In this document: one piece after another, positions 11,090 to 22,881 of the stretch
Layout: each line of letters starts with the position of its first letter
Numbering within the stretch: the first letter of the stretch is position 1
DNA from: Candidatus Portiera aleyrodidarum
GTDB lineage: Bacteria > Pseudomonadota > Gammaproteobacteria > Johnevansiales > Johnevansiaceae
Reading direction: 5' to 3'
Length of the DNA stretch: 32,000 nucleotides
Assembly: GCF_000953395.1 (NCBI RefSeq)
Contig: NZ_LN649236.1
Coordinates: 248,823 to 280,822 of the forward strand
Made by a program: the position numbers and the translations under genes
The notes under the pieces: generated by a model
The model's input: only the letters and a program-made list of their open reading frames with translations
Told to the model about the DNA's origin: nothing
Databases searched by the model: none

Positions 11090-13770
11090 CAATTATAAAT
11101 GTAGATAATAAAGATTATGAAATAAAAAATAATTATCAAAATTTATTAGAAATATGTTTATCTTTTGGTATTGATATACCTTATTTTTGTTGGCATCCAA
11201 TATTAGGCAGTGTAGGGTCTTGTAGGCAATGTATAATTAAAAGATACAATAATAGAGATGATACAATAGGACATCTTATTATATCATGTATGACAAAAGT
11301 AAAAAACTATGACTGGATATCTACCACAGATAAAGAATCTTTAAATTGTCGTTCTAAAATAATTGAATTAATGATGATTAATCATCCTCATGATTGTCCT
11401 GTATGTGAAGAAGGTGGACAATGTCATCTTCAAGATATGACAGTTATGTTAAAACATAATATTAGAAGATATACATTTTATAAAAGAACTCATAAAAACC
11501 AATATTTAGGACCTTTTATAAATCATGAAATGAATAGATGTATTACTTGTTATCGTTGTATAAGATTTTATAAAGATTATGCTGGTGGTAAAGATTTAGG
11601 AGTTTTTGGTAGTAGTAATAATATATATTTTGGTAGACTTATTAATGGTAAATTAGAAAATGAATTTTCTGGAAATTTAATAGAAATATGTCCAACAGGG
11701 GTATTTACAGATAAACCAAATTCTATGCATTATGCACGTAAATGGGATTTACAATATGCTCCAAGTATTTGTAATGGATGTTCTTGTGGTTGTAATATTA
11801 ATATAGGAGAACGTTATGGTAAAATTCGTAAAATAGAAAATCGTTATAATAGTAAAATTAATAATTATTTTATATGTGATAGAGGACGTTTTGGTTATGG
11901 TTATATAAATAGTGAAAATCGTAATCGTATACCTTATATTAATAATAATCCTATTAAATCAATAGATATAGCTATTGATTATAGTGCTGATATGTTAAAT
12001 ACCGCTAATAGAATTATTGGTATAGGATCCCCAAAAGCTAGTATTGAAAGTAATTTTGCATTATCCAATTTAGTTGGAACCAACAATTTTTCTAATGGTA
12101 TTGAAAAAAATGAAGTAGAGTGTCTACAAGTCATTTTAGATGTTTTATATAAAGGTGCTTTACCTTATTCTTCAATAATTGATATTGAATATCATGATAT
12201 AATAATTATCTTAGGTGAAGATATTACTCAAATTTCAGCAAGACTTGCCTTATCAGTACGTCAAGCTGCTAAAAGAGGTTCTTTTAATATTGCAAAAAAA
12301 TATAAAATTTATTCATGGGATATTAATTCTGTTAATAATATTTCTAATGGATATAAAAATCCTATATATATTTTTACAACAAATAAAACAAATTTAGATG
12401 ATATAGCTTATGAAAAAGTTCTATGTACAAAAGAAGAAATTACAACATTAGGATTTGCTATAGCTAATTTTATAGATCCTACATCACCCAAAAGAATTTT
12501 AAAATCATTTAATAATAAACAAATTTTATTAAAAATTTTAAATCAATTACGTTGTTCAAAAAGACCATTAATTATTAGTGGTTGTTCACTTAAAAATTCT
12601 TTAATTTTAAAATCTGCTTATAATATATCTCGTGCATTTAACTTTTTAGAAAAACAAGGTTCTATAATTTTAACTAGTAATGAATCGAATAGTATTGGAG
12701 TTACTATGTTAGGAGGTAAATCATTAAATTGGGCAATAAATAAACTAATTAACAATAAAGCAGATGCAGTAATAATATTAGAAAATAATATTTATCGTCG
12801 TATTAAATCATCTTTAGTTTCTTATGCATTAAAAAATAAAAAAATTATTTGGATTGATTATCAAAGAAATCTAACATTGGAGAATGCTAATGTTATTTTA
12901 CCTGCAGCAACTAGTGCAGAAGGTAATGGGACATTAATCAATTATGAAGGTAGAGCACAAAGATTTTTTAAAGTTTATGAACCAAGTTATTATCGTACAG
13001 GAGATTTAACCAACGAAAGTTGGAGATGGTTACATGCATTAAATATAGCAAAAAACCATTGTAATTTAGAATGGTTACATTTAAATGATGTAATAAAGGT
13101 ATGTTCTAAATATAATCCTATTTTTAAAAATATATTAAAATTATCACAATTTCAAATAAAATTATCACGTTTACCTCACCGATTTAGCGGACGTACAGCT
13201 AGTAATTCTAATATTCAAATACATGAACCAACAAGTCCTAAAGATATTGATTCAAAATTTCAATTTTCAACCGAAGGTTATAATTGTTCTGAAATCTCAT
13301 TTGCTTGGTATCCTGGATGGAATTCGCCTCAAGCATGGAATAAATTTCAAAATGAAGTTGGTGGAAATTTATATGCAGGGAATCCAGGAATTAGGTTAAT
13401 AAATAATTGTAATAAGAAAGAAGAATTATCATATTATAATATAAAATCTGAAAAAAAAAATAAACTTTGGCAAGTTATACCAATATATCATCTACTAGGT
13501 AGTGAAGAAAACAGTGCATTAACTATTTCTATAAAAAAATGTACTACAAAGCCTTATATCATGATAAGTAAAAATGATATAAATTTGCTAAAATTAATTC
13601 CAGGATCTAAAATTAAAGCAAGTATTAATAACATTGAATTAAATATTATAATTAAAAGCACTAATAATATGCGTAATGGTATGATAGGTTTGCCGTGTGG
13701 TATTAATGGGATACCATTAGACATTTTTGGTATGTGTGTTAATTTTATAATAAAAAAATTTAAAATATGA
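11086..13770 (+). CDS. nuoG: NADH-quinone oxidoreductase subunit G
   Basis: The ORF is 894 aa. N-terminal Fe-S motifs: [49 protein letters not shown]. The long molybdopterin-like C-terminal domain is present. Confidence 0.93.
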   Translation: MTIINVDNKDYEIKNNYQNLLEICLSFGIDIPYFCWHPILGSVGSCRQCIIKRYNNRDDTIGHLIISCMTKVKNYDWISTTDKESLNCRSKIIELMMINHPHDCPVCEEGGQCHLQDMTVMLKHNIRRYTFYKRTHKNQYLGPFINHEMNRCITCYRCIRFYKDYAGGKDLGVFGSSNNIYFGRLINGKLENEFSGNLIEICPTGVFTDKPNSMHYARKWDLQYAPSICNGCSCGCNINIGERYGKIRKIENRYNSKINNYFICDRGRFGYGYINSENRNRIPYINNNPIKSIDIAIDYSADMLNTANRIIGIGSPKASIESNFALSNLVGTNNFSNGIEKNEVECLQVILDVLYKGALPYSSIIDIEYHDIIIILGEDITQISARLALSVRQAAKRGSFNIAKKYKIYSWDINSVNNISNGYKNPIYIFTTNKTNLDDIAYEKVLCTKEEITTLGFAIANFIDPTSPKRILKSFNNKQILLKILNQLRCSKRPLIISGCSLKNSLILKSAYNISRAFNFLEKQGSIILTSNESNSIGVTMLGGKSLNWAINKLINNKADAVIILENNIYRRIKSSLVSYALKNKKIIWIDYQRNLTLENANVILPAATSAEGNGTLINYEGRAQRFFKVYEPSYYRTGDLTNESWRWLHALNIAKNHCNLEWLHLNDVIKVCSKYNPIFKNILKLSQFQIKLSRLPHRFSGRTASNSNIQIHEPTSPKDIDSKFQFSTEGYNCSEISFAWYPGWNSPQAWNKFQNEVGGNLYAGNPGIRLINNCNKKEELSYYNIKSEKKNKLWQVIPIYHLLGSEENSALTISIKKCTTKPYIMISKNDINLLKLIPGSKIKASINNIELNIIIKSTNNMRNGMIGLPCGINGIPLDIFGMCVNFIIKKFKI

Positions 13771-14708
13771 ACAATATAATAAACAATATTATATTTATAG
13801 TTTTTATATTTATAAGTGGAGCTTTTATGAGTTTTATAGAACGTAGGGCTTTGGGTTTATGGCAAGATAGATATGGTCCTAATAGAGTTGGATATTTTGG
13901 ATTATTACAATTTATAGCTGATGTTATTAAAATTATATTTAAAGAAGATTGGATTCCACCCTTTTCAGATAAGAAATTATTTTGTTTATCACCTATTATA
14001 TCTTTACTTACAATAAGTTTGTCTTTTATTATATTACCAATTAATAATGAAACGGATTTAAATAATGTTGGAATATTATTTTTTTTAGCTATGGCTGGTA
14101 TTAATGTATATTCAATTCTGTTTGCTGGATATTCAAGTTGTAATAAATATGCTTTAATAGGGGCGATTAGAGCTTCAGCTCAATCAATTTCTTATGAGGT
14201 ATTTATAGGTCTTTCTTTAATGGGTATAGTTTCTATGTCTGGATCATTTAATATAATAAATATTATTGAATATCAAAATTATCATTGCTGGTTTTTAATA
14301 TCTCAAATAATAGGATTTATTACTTTTTTTATTTCTGGAATAGCTGTAACACATAGACATCCTTTTGATCAACCCGAATCAGAACAAGAATTAGCTGATG
14401 GTTATCATATAGAATATTCAGGAATGAAATGGGGTATGTTTTTTATTAGCGAATATGTTAATATTATTTTTATTTCTATTTTAATTGTAAATTTATTTTT
14501 TTGTGGGTATATTGGTTCAAGTTTACCTTTATTAGTTTTGTTTATTATTAAAATATTATTTTTTATTATATTATTTATTATTATTCGTGCTTCTATACCA
14601 AGACCAAAATATTATCAAGTAATGAAAGTTGGTTGGAAATATTGTTTACCTTTAAATTTAATAAATTTACTATTAACAGGTAGTATAATTTTATATTATA
14701 ATACATAA
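13767..14708 (+). CDS. nuoH: NADH-quinone oxidoreductase subunit H
   Basis: Motifs: [60 protein letters not shown]. Confidence 0.95.
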   Translation: MNNIINNIIFIVFIFISGAFMSFIERRALGLWQDRYGPNRVGYFGLLQFIADVIKIIFKEDWIPPFSDKKLFCLSPIISLLTISLSFIILPINNETDLNNVGILFFLAMAGINVYSILFAGYSSCNKYALIGAIRASAQSISYEVFIGLSLMGIVSMSGSFNIINIIEYQNYHCWFLISQIIGFITFFISGIAVTHRHPFDQPESEQELADGYHIEYSGMKWGMFFISEYVNIIFISILIVNLFFCGYIGSSLPLLVLFIIKILFFIILFIIIRASIPRPKYYQVMKVGWKYCLPLNLINLLLTGSIILYYNT

Positions 14709-14709
14709 T

Positions 14710-15243
14710 ATGATAAGAAAATTAATAACTTCAATATTTAGTATTTTTCGTACTATTTATATAATAGTTTTACATTCATTTAAAAAAAGAGTAACATTAC
14801 AATATCCAGAAGAATCTGTATATTTATCACCACGTTATAGAGGTCGTATTGTATTAACTAGAGATAATAAAGGTAAAGAACGTTGCGTTGCTTGTAATCT
14901 TTGTGCTGTAGTATGTCCTGTTGATTGTATATGTTTACAAAAAGGTGAACGTCAAGATGGAATTTGGTATCCTTTATTTTTTAGAATTAATTTTTCACGT
15001 TGTATTTTTTGTGGATTATGTGAAGAAGCTTGTCCAACTTCAGCAATTCAATTAACACCTGATTTTGAGTTAGGAGAATATAAACGTCAAGATTTAGTTT
15101 TTGAAAAAGAAGATTTATTAATTTCTGGTACAGGAAAAGATCATTATTATAATTTCTATGAAATTACAGGAATATCTATTATTGGTAAAGGATTTGGTAA
15201 AAAAGAAAAAAAACCAATGAATGTAAAATCATTATTACCATAA
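14710..15243 (+). CDS. nuoI: NADH-quinone oxidoreductase subunit I
   Basis: Two 4Fe-4S ferredoxin motifs are present: [12 protein letters not shown] and [12 protein letters not shown]. Confidence 0.95.
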   Translation: MIRKLITSIFSIFRTIYIIVLHSFKKRVTLQYPEESVYLSPRYRGRIVLTRDNKGKERCVACNLCAVVCPVDCICLQKGERQDGIWYPLFFRINFSRCIFCGLCEEACPTSAIQLTPDFELGEYKRQDLVFEKEDLLISGTGKDHYYNFYEITGISIIGKGFGKKEKKPMNVKSLLP

Positions 15244-15255
15244 AAAGGTTTATTT

Positions 15256-15732
15256 GTGTTATTTTATATTTCAGCAACAATTGCAATATTTTCAACATTA
15301 AACGTTATTCTTAGTAAAAATATTATACATGCTTTATTAAATTTTATTATATCATTGATTTCAATATCAATGATATTTTTTTTAATTGGAGCAAATTTTG
15401 CTGGAGTGTTAGAAATTATAATTTATGCTGGTGCAATAATGGTATTATTTGTATTTGTTGTAATGATGTTACTTAATCCTATTAATAAAACTTTAAGTTT
15501 TATTAAATTAAAAATTTGGATAATTCCATCTATTATGACAATAACGTTATTAGGTTTATTATTAATAAAATATGGCTTAAATAATCGTAATATCTTATTA
15601 GTTAGTAATATACCACATACTCCACATCATTTAAGTGTTTTATTATTTACCACTTATTTAATTACTGTAGAAATATCAGCTATAATATTATTAACAGCTT
15701 TAATTGTTGCTTCTTATTTAGGACGTAAATAA
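15256..15732 (+). CDS. nuoJ: NADH-quinone oxidoreductase subunit J
   Basis: GTG start at 15256. A 158-aa hydrophobic protein with the NuoJ-like GAEFLAxxQ/IYAGAIMVLF motif (VLEIIIYAGAIMVLFVFVVMM). The operon position fits. Confidence 0.82.
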   Translation: MLFYISATIAIFSTLNVILSKNIIHALLNFIISLISISMIFFLIGANFAGVLEIIIYAGAIMVLFVFVVMMLLNPINKTLSFIKLKIWIIPSIMTITLLGLLLIKYGLNNRNILLVSNIPHTPHHLSVLLFTTYLITVEISAIILLTALIVASYLGRK

Positions 15733-16040
15733 TGATTTTAATTCCAATAGATCATGTTTTAATATTATCTTTTATTTTATTTTTAATAGGTATATTAGGA
15801 ATATTAATTCGTCGTAATATAATTTTTATATTTATTTGTTTAGAAATAATGTTAAATTCTGCAGCTTTGGTGTTTGTTATATCTGGAGAATTTTGGGGCC
15901 AGCCAGATGGTCAAATTATGTTTCTTTTAATTATGACTTTAGCTGCAGCTGAAATAAGTATTGGGTTAGCTTTATTAATTCAATTACAAAAATATTTTAA
16001 AAGTTTTGATATAGATATAATTAGTAGGTTAAAAGGATGA
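15732..16040 (+). CDS. nuoK: NADH-quinone oxidoreductase subunit K
   Basis: The ORF is 102 aa. Motifs: LEIMLNSAAL and TLAAAEISIGLAL. The start forms a TAATG overlap with the nuoJ stop. Confidence 0.9.
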   Translation: MILIPIDHVLILSFILFLIGILGILIRRNIIFIFICLEIMLNSAALVFVISGEFWGQPDGQIMFLLIMTLAAAEISIGLALLIQLQKYFKSFDIDIISRLKG

Positions 16041-17932
16041 ATAATATATTATTTTTTATTTGTTTATTTCCTTTAATTAGTACAATATTACTAGCTATAT
16101 TTAGATATATGTCAATAATATTAGTAATTATTATTGGTGTTGGATCAATAGTATTATCTACAATATTTACAATTTTAATAGCAATTAATTATTATTTAAA
16201 ACCTAATCCTTTTTTAGAACATATATATAATTGGATTAGTATATATGATTTAAAAATTAATTTTAATTTTTATATTGATGGTTTATCAATAAGTATGATT
16301 TGTATAGTAAATGGAATAGGATTATTAATTCATTTATTTTCTACTTGGTATATGTATGAAACTTTAAAATATAATAAAGATTATTTATTGTCTAGATTTT
16401 TTATGTATATGAATTTATTTATGTTTAATATGTTGATATTAATATTAGGAGATAATTTAATATTAGTATTATTAGGGTGGGAAGGTGTAGGATTATGTTC
16501 ATATTTATTAATTAGTTATTATTATCGTGTCAATAATAATGTGATTTCTGGGTTTAAAGCTTTTATTACTACAAGAATAGGAGATTTATTTTTTGCAATA
16601 GGTATATTTTTAATATGGAATCAATTTAATACTTTAGATATTCAAAAATTATTAAATAAAGTATCTATATTAAATAATAGTAATTATTTTATATATGAAA
16701 TTATTGCTTTTATGTTTTTGCTTGGAGCAATAAGTAAATCAGCACAAATACCATTACACACTTGGTTAATTGATGCTATGGCAGGACCTACTCCAGTTTC
16801 AGCCTTAATTCATGCAGCAACTATGATAACATCAGGGGTATATTTAATCATTAGAACACATATATTATTTGAAATAGCACCAATAACAATTAATACAATT
16901 GGTATTATTGGAACAATTACTTTATTATTAGCAGGTATATCTGCGTTAACTCAAAACAATATTAAACGTATTTTGGCTTGTTCAACACTAAGCCAAGTAG
17001 GTTATATGTTTTTAGCTATAGGAATTAAAGCATGGCATGCTGCTATAGTTCATGTAATGATTCATGCTTTTTTTAAAGCTTTATTATTTATATCAGCTGG
17101 TTCTTTAATAATTAGTTGTGAACATGAACAAAATATTTTTAAAATTAGATCAATAGTTTTATCATTATCTAAAAAGATAAGAATAAAATATTATTTTGGT
17201 TTTATTATAGGTGGTTCAGCTTTATCAGCATTACCACTTATTACAGCTGGTTTTTATTCTAAAGAAACAATTATTTGGTTATCTTTTATTCGTGGTAATA
17301 ACATCTTTGGGATATTAGGTTTAGTTGGTGCTTTTATAACATCTATTTATACATTTCGTACTATATTTATTATATTTAATAAAAATATTAATAAGTTTAT
17401 TATTTATTTGAATAACAAAAAAAAATTAATATATAATGTATCACATAATTTACCTTTATTAATATTATTAATATTATCTACTTATTTAGGTTCTTTAATA
17501 AAAATACCTATGCAAAATGAATTAAAAATGTATAATATATTTAATAATAATATAGAAATTCTATTGAATATAATTTCTTCACTAATTGTCATTTTTGGTA
17601 TTATTATAGCTGCTAAACTATTTTTATTTTCTAATATTTATTATATTGATATAATTGAATTTATTTTAGGAAAATTAGTTCGAAATATAATATATAATAT
17701 TGGAGGTTTTGATTGGTTATATATTAATTTATTAATTAAACCTTATTTATATTTAGTTAGGATAAATAAATTTGATTGTATTAATTTAATAATTAATAAT
17801 ATTATTAAATTAATTTTATTTTTTAATACTTTAATGATAAAAATACATAATGGTAAATTAAGTTTTTATTTAACAATCTTTATTGTTGGTATTATTATTA
17901 TAACTACATTCTTAATGAGTAATATATTATGA
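16037..17932 (+). CDS. nuoL: NADH-quinone oxidoreductase subunit L
   Basis: The ORF is 631 aa. Motifs: GWEGVGLCSYLLI, AQIPLHTWLIDAMAGPTPVSALIHAATM, CEHEQNIFK. The long C-terminal extension typical of NuoL is present. Confidence 0.92.
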   Translation: MNNILFFICLFPLISTILLAIFRYMSIILVIIIGVGSIVLSTIFTILIAINYYLKPNPFLEHIYNWISIYDLKINFNFYIDGLSISMICIVNGIGLLIHLFSTWYMYETLKYNKDYLLSRFFMYMNLFMFNMLILILGDNLILVLLGWEGVGLCSYLLISYYYRVNNNVISGFKAFITTRIGDLFFAIGIFLIWNQFNTLDIQKLLNKVSILNNSNYFIYEIIAFMFLLGAISKSAQIPLHTWLIDAMAGPTPVSALIHAATMITSGVYLIIRTHILFEIAPITINTIGIIGTITLLLAGISALTQNNIKRILACSTLSQVGYMFLAIGIKAWHAAIVHVMIHAFFKALLFISAGSLIISCEHEQNIFKIRSIVLSLSKKIRIKYYFGFIIGGSALSALPLITAGFYSKETIIWLSFIRGNNIFGILGLVGAFITSIYTFRTIFIIFNKNINKFIIYLNNKKKLIYNVSHNLPLLILLILSTYLGSLIKIPMQNELKMYNIFNNNIEILLNIISSLIVIFGIIIAAKLFLFSNIYYIDIIEFILGKLVRNIIYNIGGFDWLYINLLIKPYLYLVRINKFDCINLIINNIIKLILFFNTLMIKIHNGKLSFYLTIFIVGIIIITTFLMSNIL

Positions 17933-19404
17933 TATTGTTATGGTTTTTATTAATACCTTTTATCGGTGGATTATTATCTTTAATTTTGGAAAAAATAAAT
18001 ATAAAATATACACGTATTTCCGCTCTTATTACTATGATAATACTGTTATTTTTATCAATATATTTATATTATTTAAATATAAATACAAAAAATATATGGA
18101 TAGTAAAATACCGGACAATATGGATTGATAGATTTAGTATTTATATTAATTTAGCATTAGATGGTATATCTTTAATGATGGTATTATTAACTGTATTTTT
18201 AGGTTTATTATCAGTCATTTGTTCTTTTAAAGAAATTAATAAATGTATTGGATTATTTTATTTTAATTTATTATGGATAATAGGTTCAATTATTGGTGTA
18301 TTTCTTGCAATGGATCTTTTTTTATTTTTATTTTTTTGGGAAATAATGATATTTCCAATGTATTTTATAATATATATGTGGGGAAATGCATATAAAGAAA
18401 AAATAGCTATTAAATTTTTTATTTATACTCAAATTTCTGGGTTATTATTATTAATAACAATATTAACTTTAGTAGTTAGTAACTATTATGTAACTGGACA
18501 AGTTATTTTTGATTATCAATCATTATTAAATACCCCAATAGGAGATAAATTAGGTTTTATATTAATGTTAGGTTTTTTTATTTCTTTCGCAATCAAATTA
18601 CCAATAATCCCCTTACATAATTGGTTACCAGATGTTATGGATAAAAATCCTAAATCTGGTAGTTTAGATTTAATAGGTATATTGATAAAAACAGCTGCTT
18701 ATGGATTATTAAGATTTAATTTAGGTTTATTTCCTAAACAATCAATTATATTTGCACCTTATGCAATGATAATTGGTATTATTAGTATATATTATGGTGC
18801 AAGTTTGGCTTTATCTCAAATAAATATTAAAAGATTAATGGCTTATTCTAGCATATCACATATGGGATATTTATTAATAGCTATTTTTTCAAGTAATATT
18901 TTATCATTACAAGGAGCTATTATGTTTGTAATATCAAATACATTATCTTCGGCAGGATTAATAATAATTAGTGGATTACTTTATGAACGATTAAATACAT
19001 TTGATATACGTTTTATGGGAGGATTATTTGGTAAATTAGGAGCAATTCCCGGTTTTGCATTAGCCTTAACAGTAGCGTCATTAGGAATACCAGGAACAGG
19101 AAATTTTATAGGGGAATTTTTAATTTTATTAGGTAATTTTAAATTATATCCAATACTAACTATAGTTTCTAGTTTAGGTTTAATATTAACAGCTATATAT
19201 TCATTAAACTTAATACATAAAGTATTTTATGGAAAAACAACAAATAAAAAGATTAAAAATATATTTTTAACTTTAAATGAAGTAAATATATTAAGTATAA
19301 TATTATTATTAATATTTCTTATTGGTTTTTATCCACAAATAATATTTGATATATCAATTAAATCTATAACCAAAATTGCACAAAAAACAATGTTTTTTTA
19401 TTAA
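17929..19404 (+). CDS. nuoM: NADH-quinone oxidoreductase subunit M
   Basis: The ORF is 491 aa. Motifs: FFWEIMIFPMYF, LHNWLPDVMDKNPKSGSLDLIGILIKTAAYGLLRF, RLMAYSSISHMG. Confidence 0.92.
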   Translation: MILLWFLLIPFIGGLLSLILEKINIKYTRISALITMIILLFLSIYLYYLNINTKNIWIVKYRTIWIDRFSIYINLALDGISLMMVLLTVFLGLLSVICSFKEINKCIGLFYFNLLWIIGSIIGVFLAMDLFLFLFFWEIMIFPMYFIIYMWGNAYKEKIAIKFFIYTQISGLLLLITILTLVVSNYYVTGQVIFDYQSLLNTPIGDKLGFILMLGFFISFAIKLPIIPLHNWLPDVMDKNPKSGSLDLIGILIKTAAYGLLRFNLGLFPKQSIIFAPYAMIIGIISIYYGASLALSQINIKRLMAYSSISHMGYLLIAIFSSNILSLQGAIMFVISNTLSSAGLIIISGLLYERLNTFDIRFMGGLFGKLGAIPGFALALTVASLGIPGTGNFIGEFLILLGNFKLYPILTIVSSLGLILTAIYSLNLIHKVFYGKTTNKKIKNIFLTLNEVNILSIILLLIFLIGFYPQIIFDISIKSITKIAQKTMFFY

Positions 19405-19407
19405 AAA

Positions 19408-20799
19408 ATGATTAATAATTTACAAATATTACCTATTATTTTTTTATTTATAACCTTAATAATATTAATTATTACTATATCATTTTATCGTAAGAATTTT
19501 ATTATATTGCTAATTACTATAATAGGATTATTAATATCATTATTATCTATTTTATGGATATATAATAAACCTACTTTAATTTATCCATTAATAATAATAG
19601 ATAATTATTCATTATATTATACTTTTTTAATTTTAATATCAGCTTTATATTGTTCGATTTTTTCTTATACATATTTAAATAAAAATGAAGAATTTTATAT
19701 GTTATTAATATGTTCAACTATTGGAGCTATATTATTAGTTTTTAGTATGCATATGGCTACTTTATTTATTGGATTAGAATTAATGTCTATAGCTTTATAT
19801 GGTTTAATAGTTTATTTACGTAATGATTTAAAAGCTTTGGAATCAGGAATAAAATATATGGTACTTTCTTCTATGGCATCTTGTTTTTTATTATTTGGTA
19901 TGGCTTTATTATATTTTTATTATGGAAATTTAACGTTTACTAATTATTATTTTATTATAGATAATAATATTGCAATATGGACAATAATAGGAATTGTATT
20001 AATAATAATTAGTTTAGGATTTAAATTATCTATTATACCTTTTCATATGTATACACCAGATATTTATGAAGGATCAATAGCCCCAATTACAGCTTTTATA
20101 GCTACTGTTAGTAAAATTTCAGTATTTGTAGCATTAATACGTTTGTTATTGATATTACCCAATTTAAATAAAATTTGGACTAATGTAATTACTATAATTT
20201 CTATTATTACAATAATATTTGGTAATATTTTAGCACTTAAACAAAATAATTTAAAACGTATATTAGGTTATTCATCAATAGCTAATTTGGGTTATTTACT
20301 TACAGTAATCATAGCAATGCAAATGCATCATAGTAAATTTATACTTGAAACAATAAATATTTACTTATTAACTTATACTTTAACAACTTTAGGTATATTT
20401 GGTATTATAAGTATAATAAATAATGAAAAGGAAAATTTATCTTATTATAAAGGTTTATTTTGGATTAAACCCGATTTAACTATTATATTAACTATAATGT
20501 TATTATCTTTAGCAGGTATTCCTATAACAGCAGGGTTTATAGGTAAAGTTTATATACTTTTAACTGCAATAACTTATCAATTATGGTTTATACTTCTCTC
20601 TATAATTTTAGGTAATTCTATAGGAATTTATTATTATTTAAGAATAATTACATATTTATATATGAATATAAATAATAAAAAAATTATTTATAATAAACAA
20701 TCTTTTGTTTATTATTTTGTTATATCTTTATCATTAATAATATTAGTATTTGGAATTTTTCCACAAACTTTAATATCTTTAATAAGAAGAATTAGTTAA
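19408..20799 (+). CDS. nuoN: NADH-quinone oxidoreductase subunit N
   Basis: The ORF is 463 aa. Motifs: GLELMSIALY, PFHMYTPDIYEGSIAPITAFIATVSK, KRILGYSSIANLGY. Confidence 0.9.
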   Translation: MINNLQILPIIFLFITLIILIITISFYRKNFIILLITIIGLLISLLSILWIYNKPTLIYPLIIIDNYSLYYTFLILISALYCSIFSYTYLNKNEEFYMLLICSTIGAILLVFSMHMATLFIGLELMSIALYGLIVYLRNDLKALESGIKYMVLSSMASCFLLFGMALLYFYYGNLTFTNYYFIIDNNIAIWTIIGIVLIIISLGFKLSIIPFHMYTPDIYEGSIAPITAFIATVSKISVFVALIRLLLILPNLNKIWTNVITIISIITIIFGNILALKQNNLKRILGYSSIANLGYLLTVIIAMQMHHSKFILETINIYLLTYTLTTLGIFGIISIINNEKENLSYYKGLFWIKPDLTIILTIMLLSLAGIPITAGFIGKVYILLTAITYQLWFILLSIILGNSIGIYYYLRIITYLYMNINNKKIIYNKQSFVYYFVISLSLIILVFGIFPQTLISLIRRIS

Positions 20800-21619
20800 A
20801 TACCTCTATACTACCATCAAATACTTTTTTAACATATCCACTCATATATAAAGAATTATATAATCCTCCTAACCAATTAATTTTTAAATTACCTCCTGGT
20901 AATATTACTTTAATACTTTTGTTTCTATTTAAATAACCAAGTTTTATACCAAAAGATACAGCTGCACAAGCACCTGTTCCACAAGCCATTGTTTCTCCTC
21001 CTACCCCTCTTTCAAATACACGTAATTTTATTAAAGAAGGAGATATTATTTGCATAAAACCAACATTTAGTTTTTCTGTAATAAATAAATTATTTTCAAT
21101 AAAATTTCCTAATATATTTATAGGTATTGTATTTATATTAGATACTATTAATACTGCATGTGGGTTACCAATACTTACTATAAATAAATCAATTAATTTA
21201 AATTGAGATATCGGAGTTTTTATTTTTTTAAAACCTTTTATTAAAGGTTTGCCAAAATTTACACTAATTAAATTATTATTATTAATATTAATATATAATA
21301 TTAAATGTCCTCCATAAGTTTCTACATGGATGATTGTTTTATTTGTTAATCTTTTGTCAAATAAAAATTTAGCTAAACATCTTGCACCATTACCACAATT
21401 TTCTACTTCACTACCATTTGCATTAAATATTCTATAAAAAAAATCAAAGTGATGATTATTATGTATTTCAACTAAAAGTAATTGATCAAAACCAACTCCT
21501 AAATTTCTATTTGATAAATATTTTATAATTGTTTTATTTAATAAAAAATATTGATTAATAAAATCAATTATCATAAAATCATTTCCTAAACCTTGCAAAT
21601 TACTAAAATAAATTAACAT
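20792..21619 (-). CDS. dapF: Diaminopimelate epimerase
   Basis: The ORF is 275 aa. Motifs: LQGLGNDFMIIDF, and both catalytic cysteine motifs NANGSEVENCGNGARC and ETMACGTGACAA. Confidence 0.93.
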   Translation of the reverse strand: MLIYFSNLQGLGNDFMIIDFINQYFLLNKTIIKYLSNRNLGVGFDQLLLVEIHNNHHFDFFYRIFNANGSEVENCGNGARCLAKFLFDKRLTNKTIIHVETYGGHLILYININNNNLISVNFGKPLIKGFKKIKTPISQFKLIDLFIVSIGNPHAVLIVSNINTIPINILGNFIENNLFITEKLNVGFMQIISPSLIKLRVFERGVGGETMACGTGACAAVSFGIKLGYLNRNKSIKVILPGGNLKINWLGGLYNSLYMSGYVKKVFDGSIEVFN

Positions 21620-22877
21620 ATTCGTTTTTACAAAGTGATTTTAAAGAATCAGATTCTCTGATTAAAAAAAGTTGATTTTTATCAACAAGTAATTCAGAAG
21701 GTCTTTTTCTAGTATTATAATTAGAAGACATAACAAATCCATAAGCTCCAACTGAATGTATTACTAATAAATCATTTTGTGATAATTTATTTAAATATCT
21801 TTTTTTTCCTAAAAAATCACTAGATTCACATATTGGACCTACAATATCATAAAATAATTTTTTATAATATTTTACTTTATTAATATCTACAACCTCAATG
21901 TTATGCCAAGCATTATAAAAAGCAGGACGAATAAAATCATTCATACCTGCATCAACAATAGCAAAATTTTTTATTTTTGTTTTTTTTATAATTTCAACAC
22001 TAGTTAATAATACACCAGTATTAGCTAATATTGATCTACCTGGTTCTAATATTATTTCAATATTATGAATATTAGCTAATATTCTTTCACATAAAGTTGT
22101 AAAATATTTTTTTATTAAAAATTTATAGAAATTGATTTTTTTATAATTTACTCCTAAACCTCCACCTATATCTAAGATATTAAGTTTAATTTTTTTTTTA
22201 TATAATTTTTTTATTAATAAAATTATATTATCTAAAGCTTCTAGAAAGGGATTTAGGTTTAATATTTGTGAACCAATATGAAAATCTATACCTATAACTT
22301 TTATATTTGTTAATGAATTAGCATAAAAATATGCTTCTTCAGCTTTATCTATAGAAATACCAAATTTATTGCTTTTTAATCCAGTAGAAATATATGGATG
22401 TGTTTTAGCATCAACATTAGGATTAATACGTATTGATATATTGGCTTTATTTTTTAATCTTATAGCAATTTCATTTATTCTATCCATCTCTTGAAAAGAT
22501 TCAACATTAAAACATTTTATTCCTACTTTTAAAGCTCTTTTTATTTCTTGTTTTTTTTTAGCTACTCCAGAATAAACTATTTTTTTAGGATCACCTCCAG
22601 CAATTAATACTTTTTCTAATTCACCAATAGAAACAATATCAAATCCCGATCCAAGTTGTGATAAAATATTAAGAATAGCAATATTAGAATTAGCTTTAAG
22701 TGCATAACAAATAATATTTGGATGATTAATCAAAGACAATTGATATTTATAATAATTAAAATATTTTATTATTTCTTTTTTAGAATAAACATAACAAGGT
22801 GTACCAAATTTTTTTGCTATTTTCAAACAACTAATATTTTCTATAAAAAGAATACCTTTATATCTTTGAAATGTCAT
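21603..22877 (-). CDS. lysA: Diaminopimelate decarboxylase
   Basis: The ORF is 424 aa. Motifs: FGTPCYVYS, PLP-lysine YALKANSN, DIGGGLG, EPGRSI, GPICESSD. Confidence 0.93.
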   Translation of the reverse strand: MTFQRYKGILFIENISCLKIAKKFGTPCYVYSKKEIIKYFNYYKYQLSLINHPNIICYALKANSNIAILNILSQLGSGFDIVSIGELEKVLIAGGDPKKIVYSGVAKKKQEIKRALKVGIKCFNVESFQEMDRINEIAIRLKNKANISIRINPNVDAKTHPYISTGLKSNKFGISIDKAEEAYFYANSLTNIKVIGIDFHIGSQILNLNPFLEALDNIILLIKKLYKKKIKLNILDIGGGLGVNYKKINFYKFLIKKYFTTLCERILANIHNIEIILEPGRSILANTGVLLTSVEIIKKTKIKNFAIVDAGMNDFIRPAFYNAWHNIEVVDINKVKYYKKLFYDIVGPICESSDFLGKKRYLNKLSQNDLLVIHSVGAYGFVMSSNYNTRKRPSELLVDKNQLFLIRESDSLKSLCKNEYVNLF

Positions 22878-22881
22878 TTTA

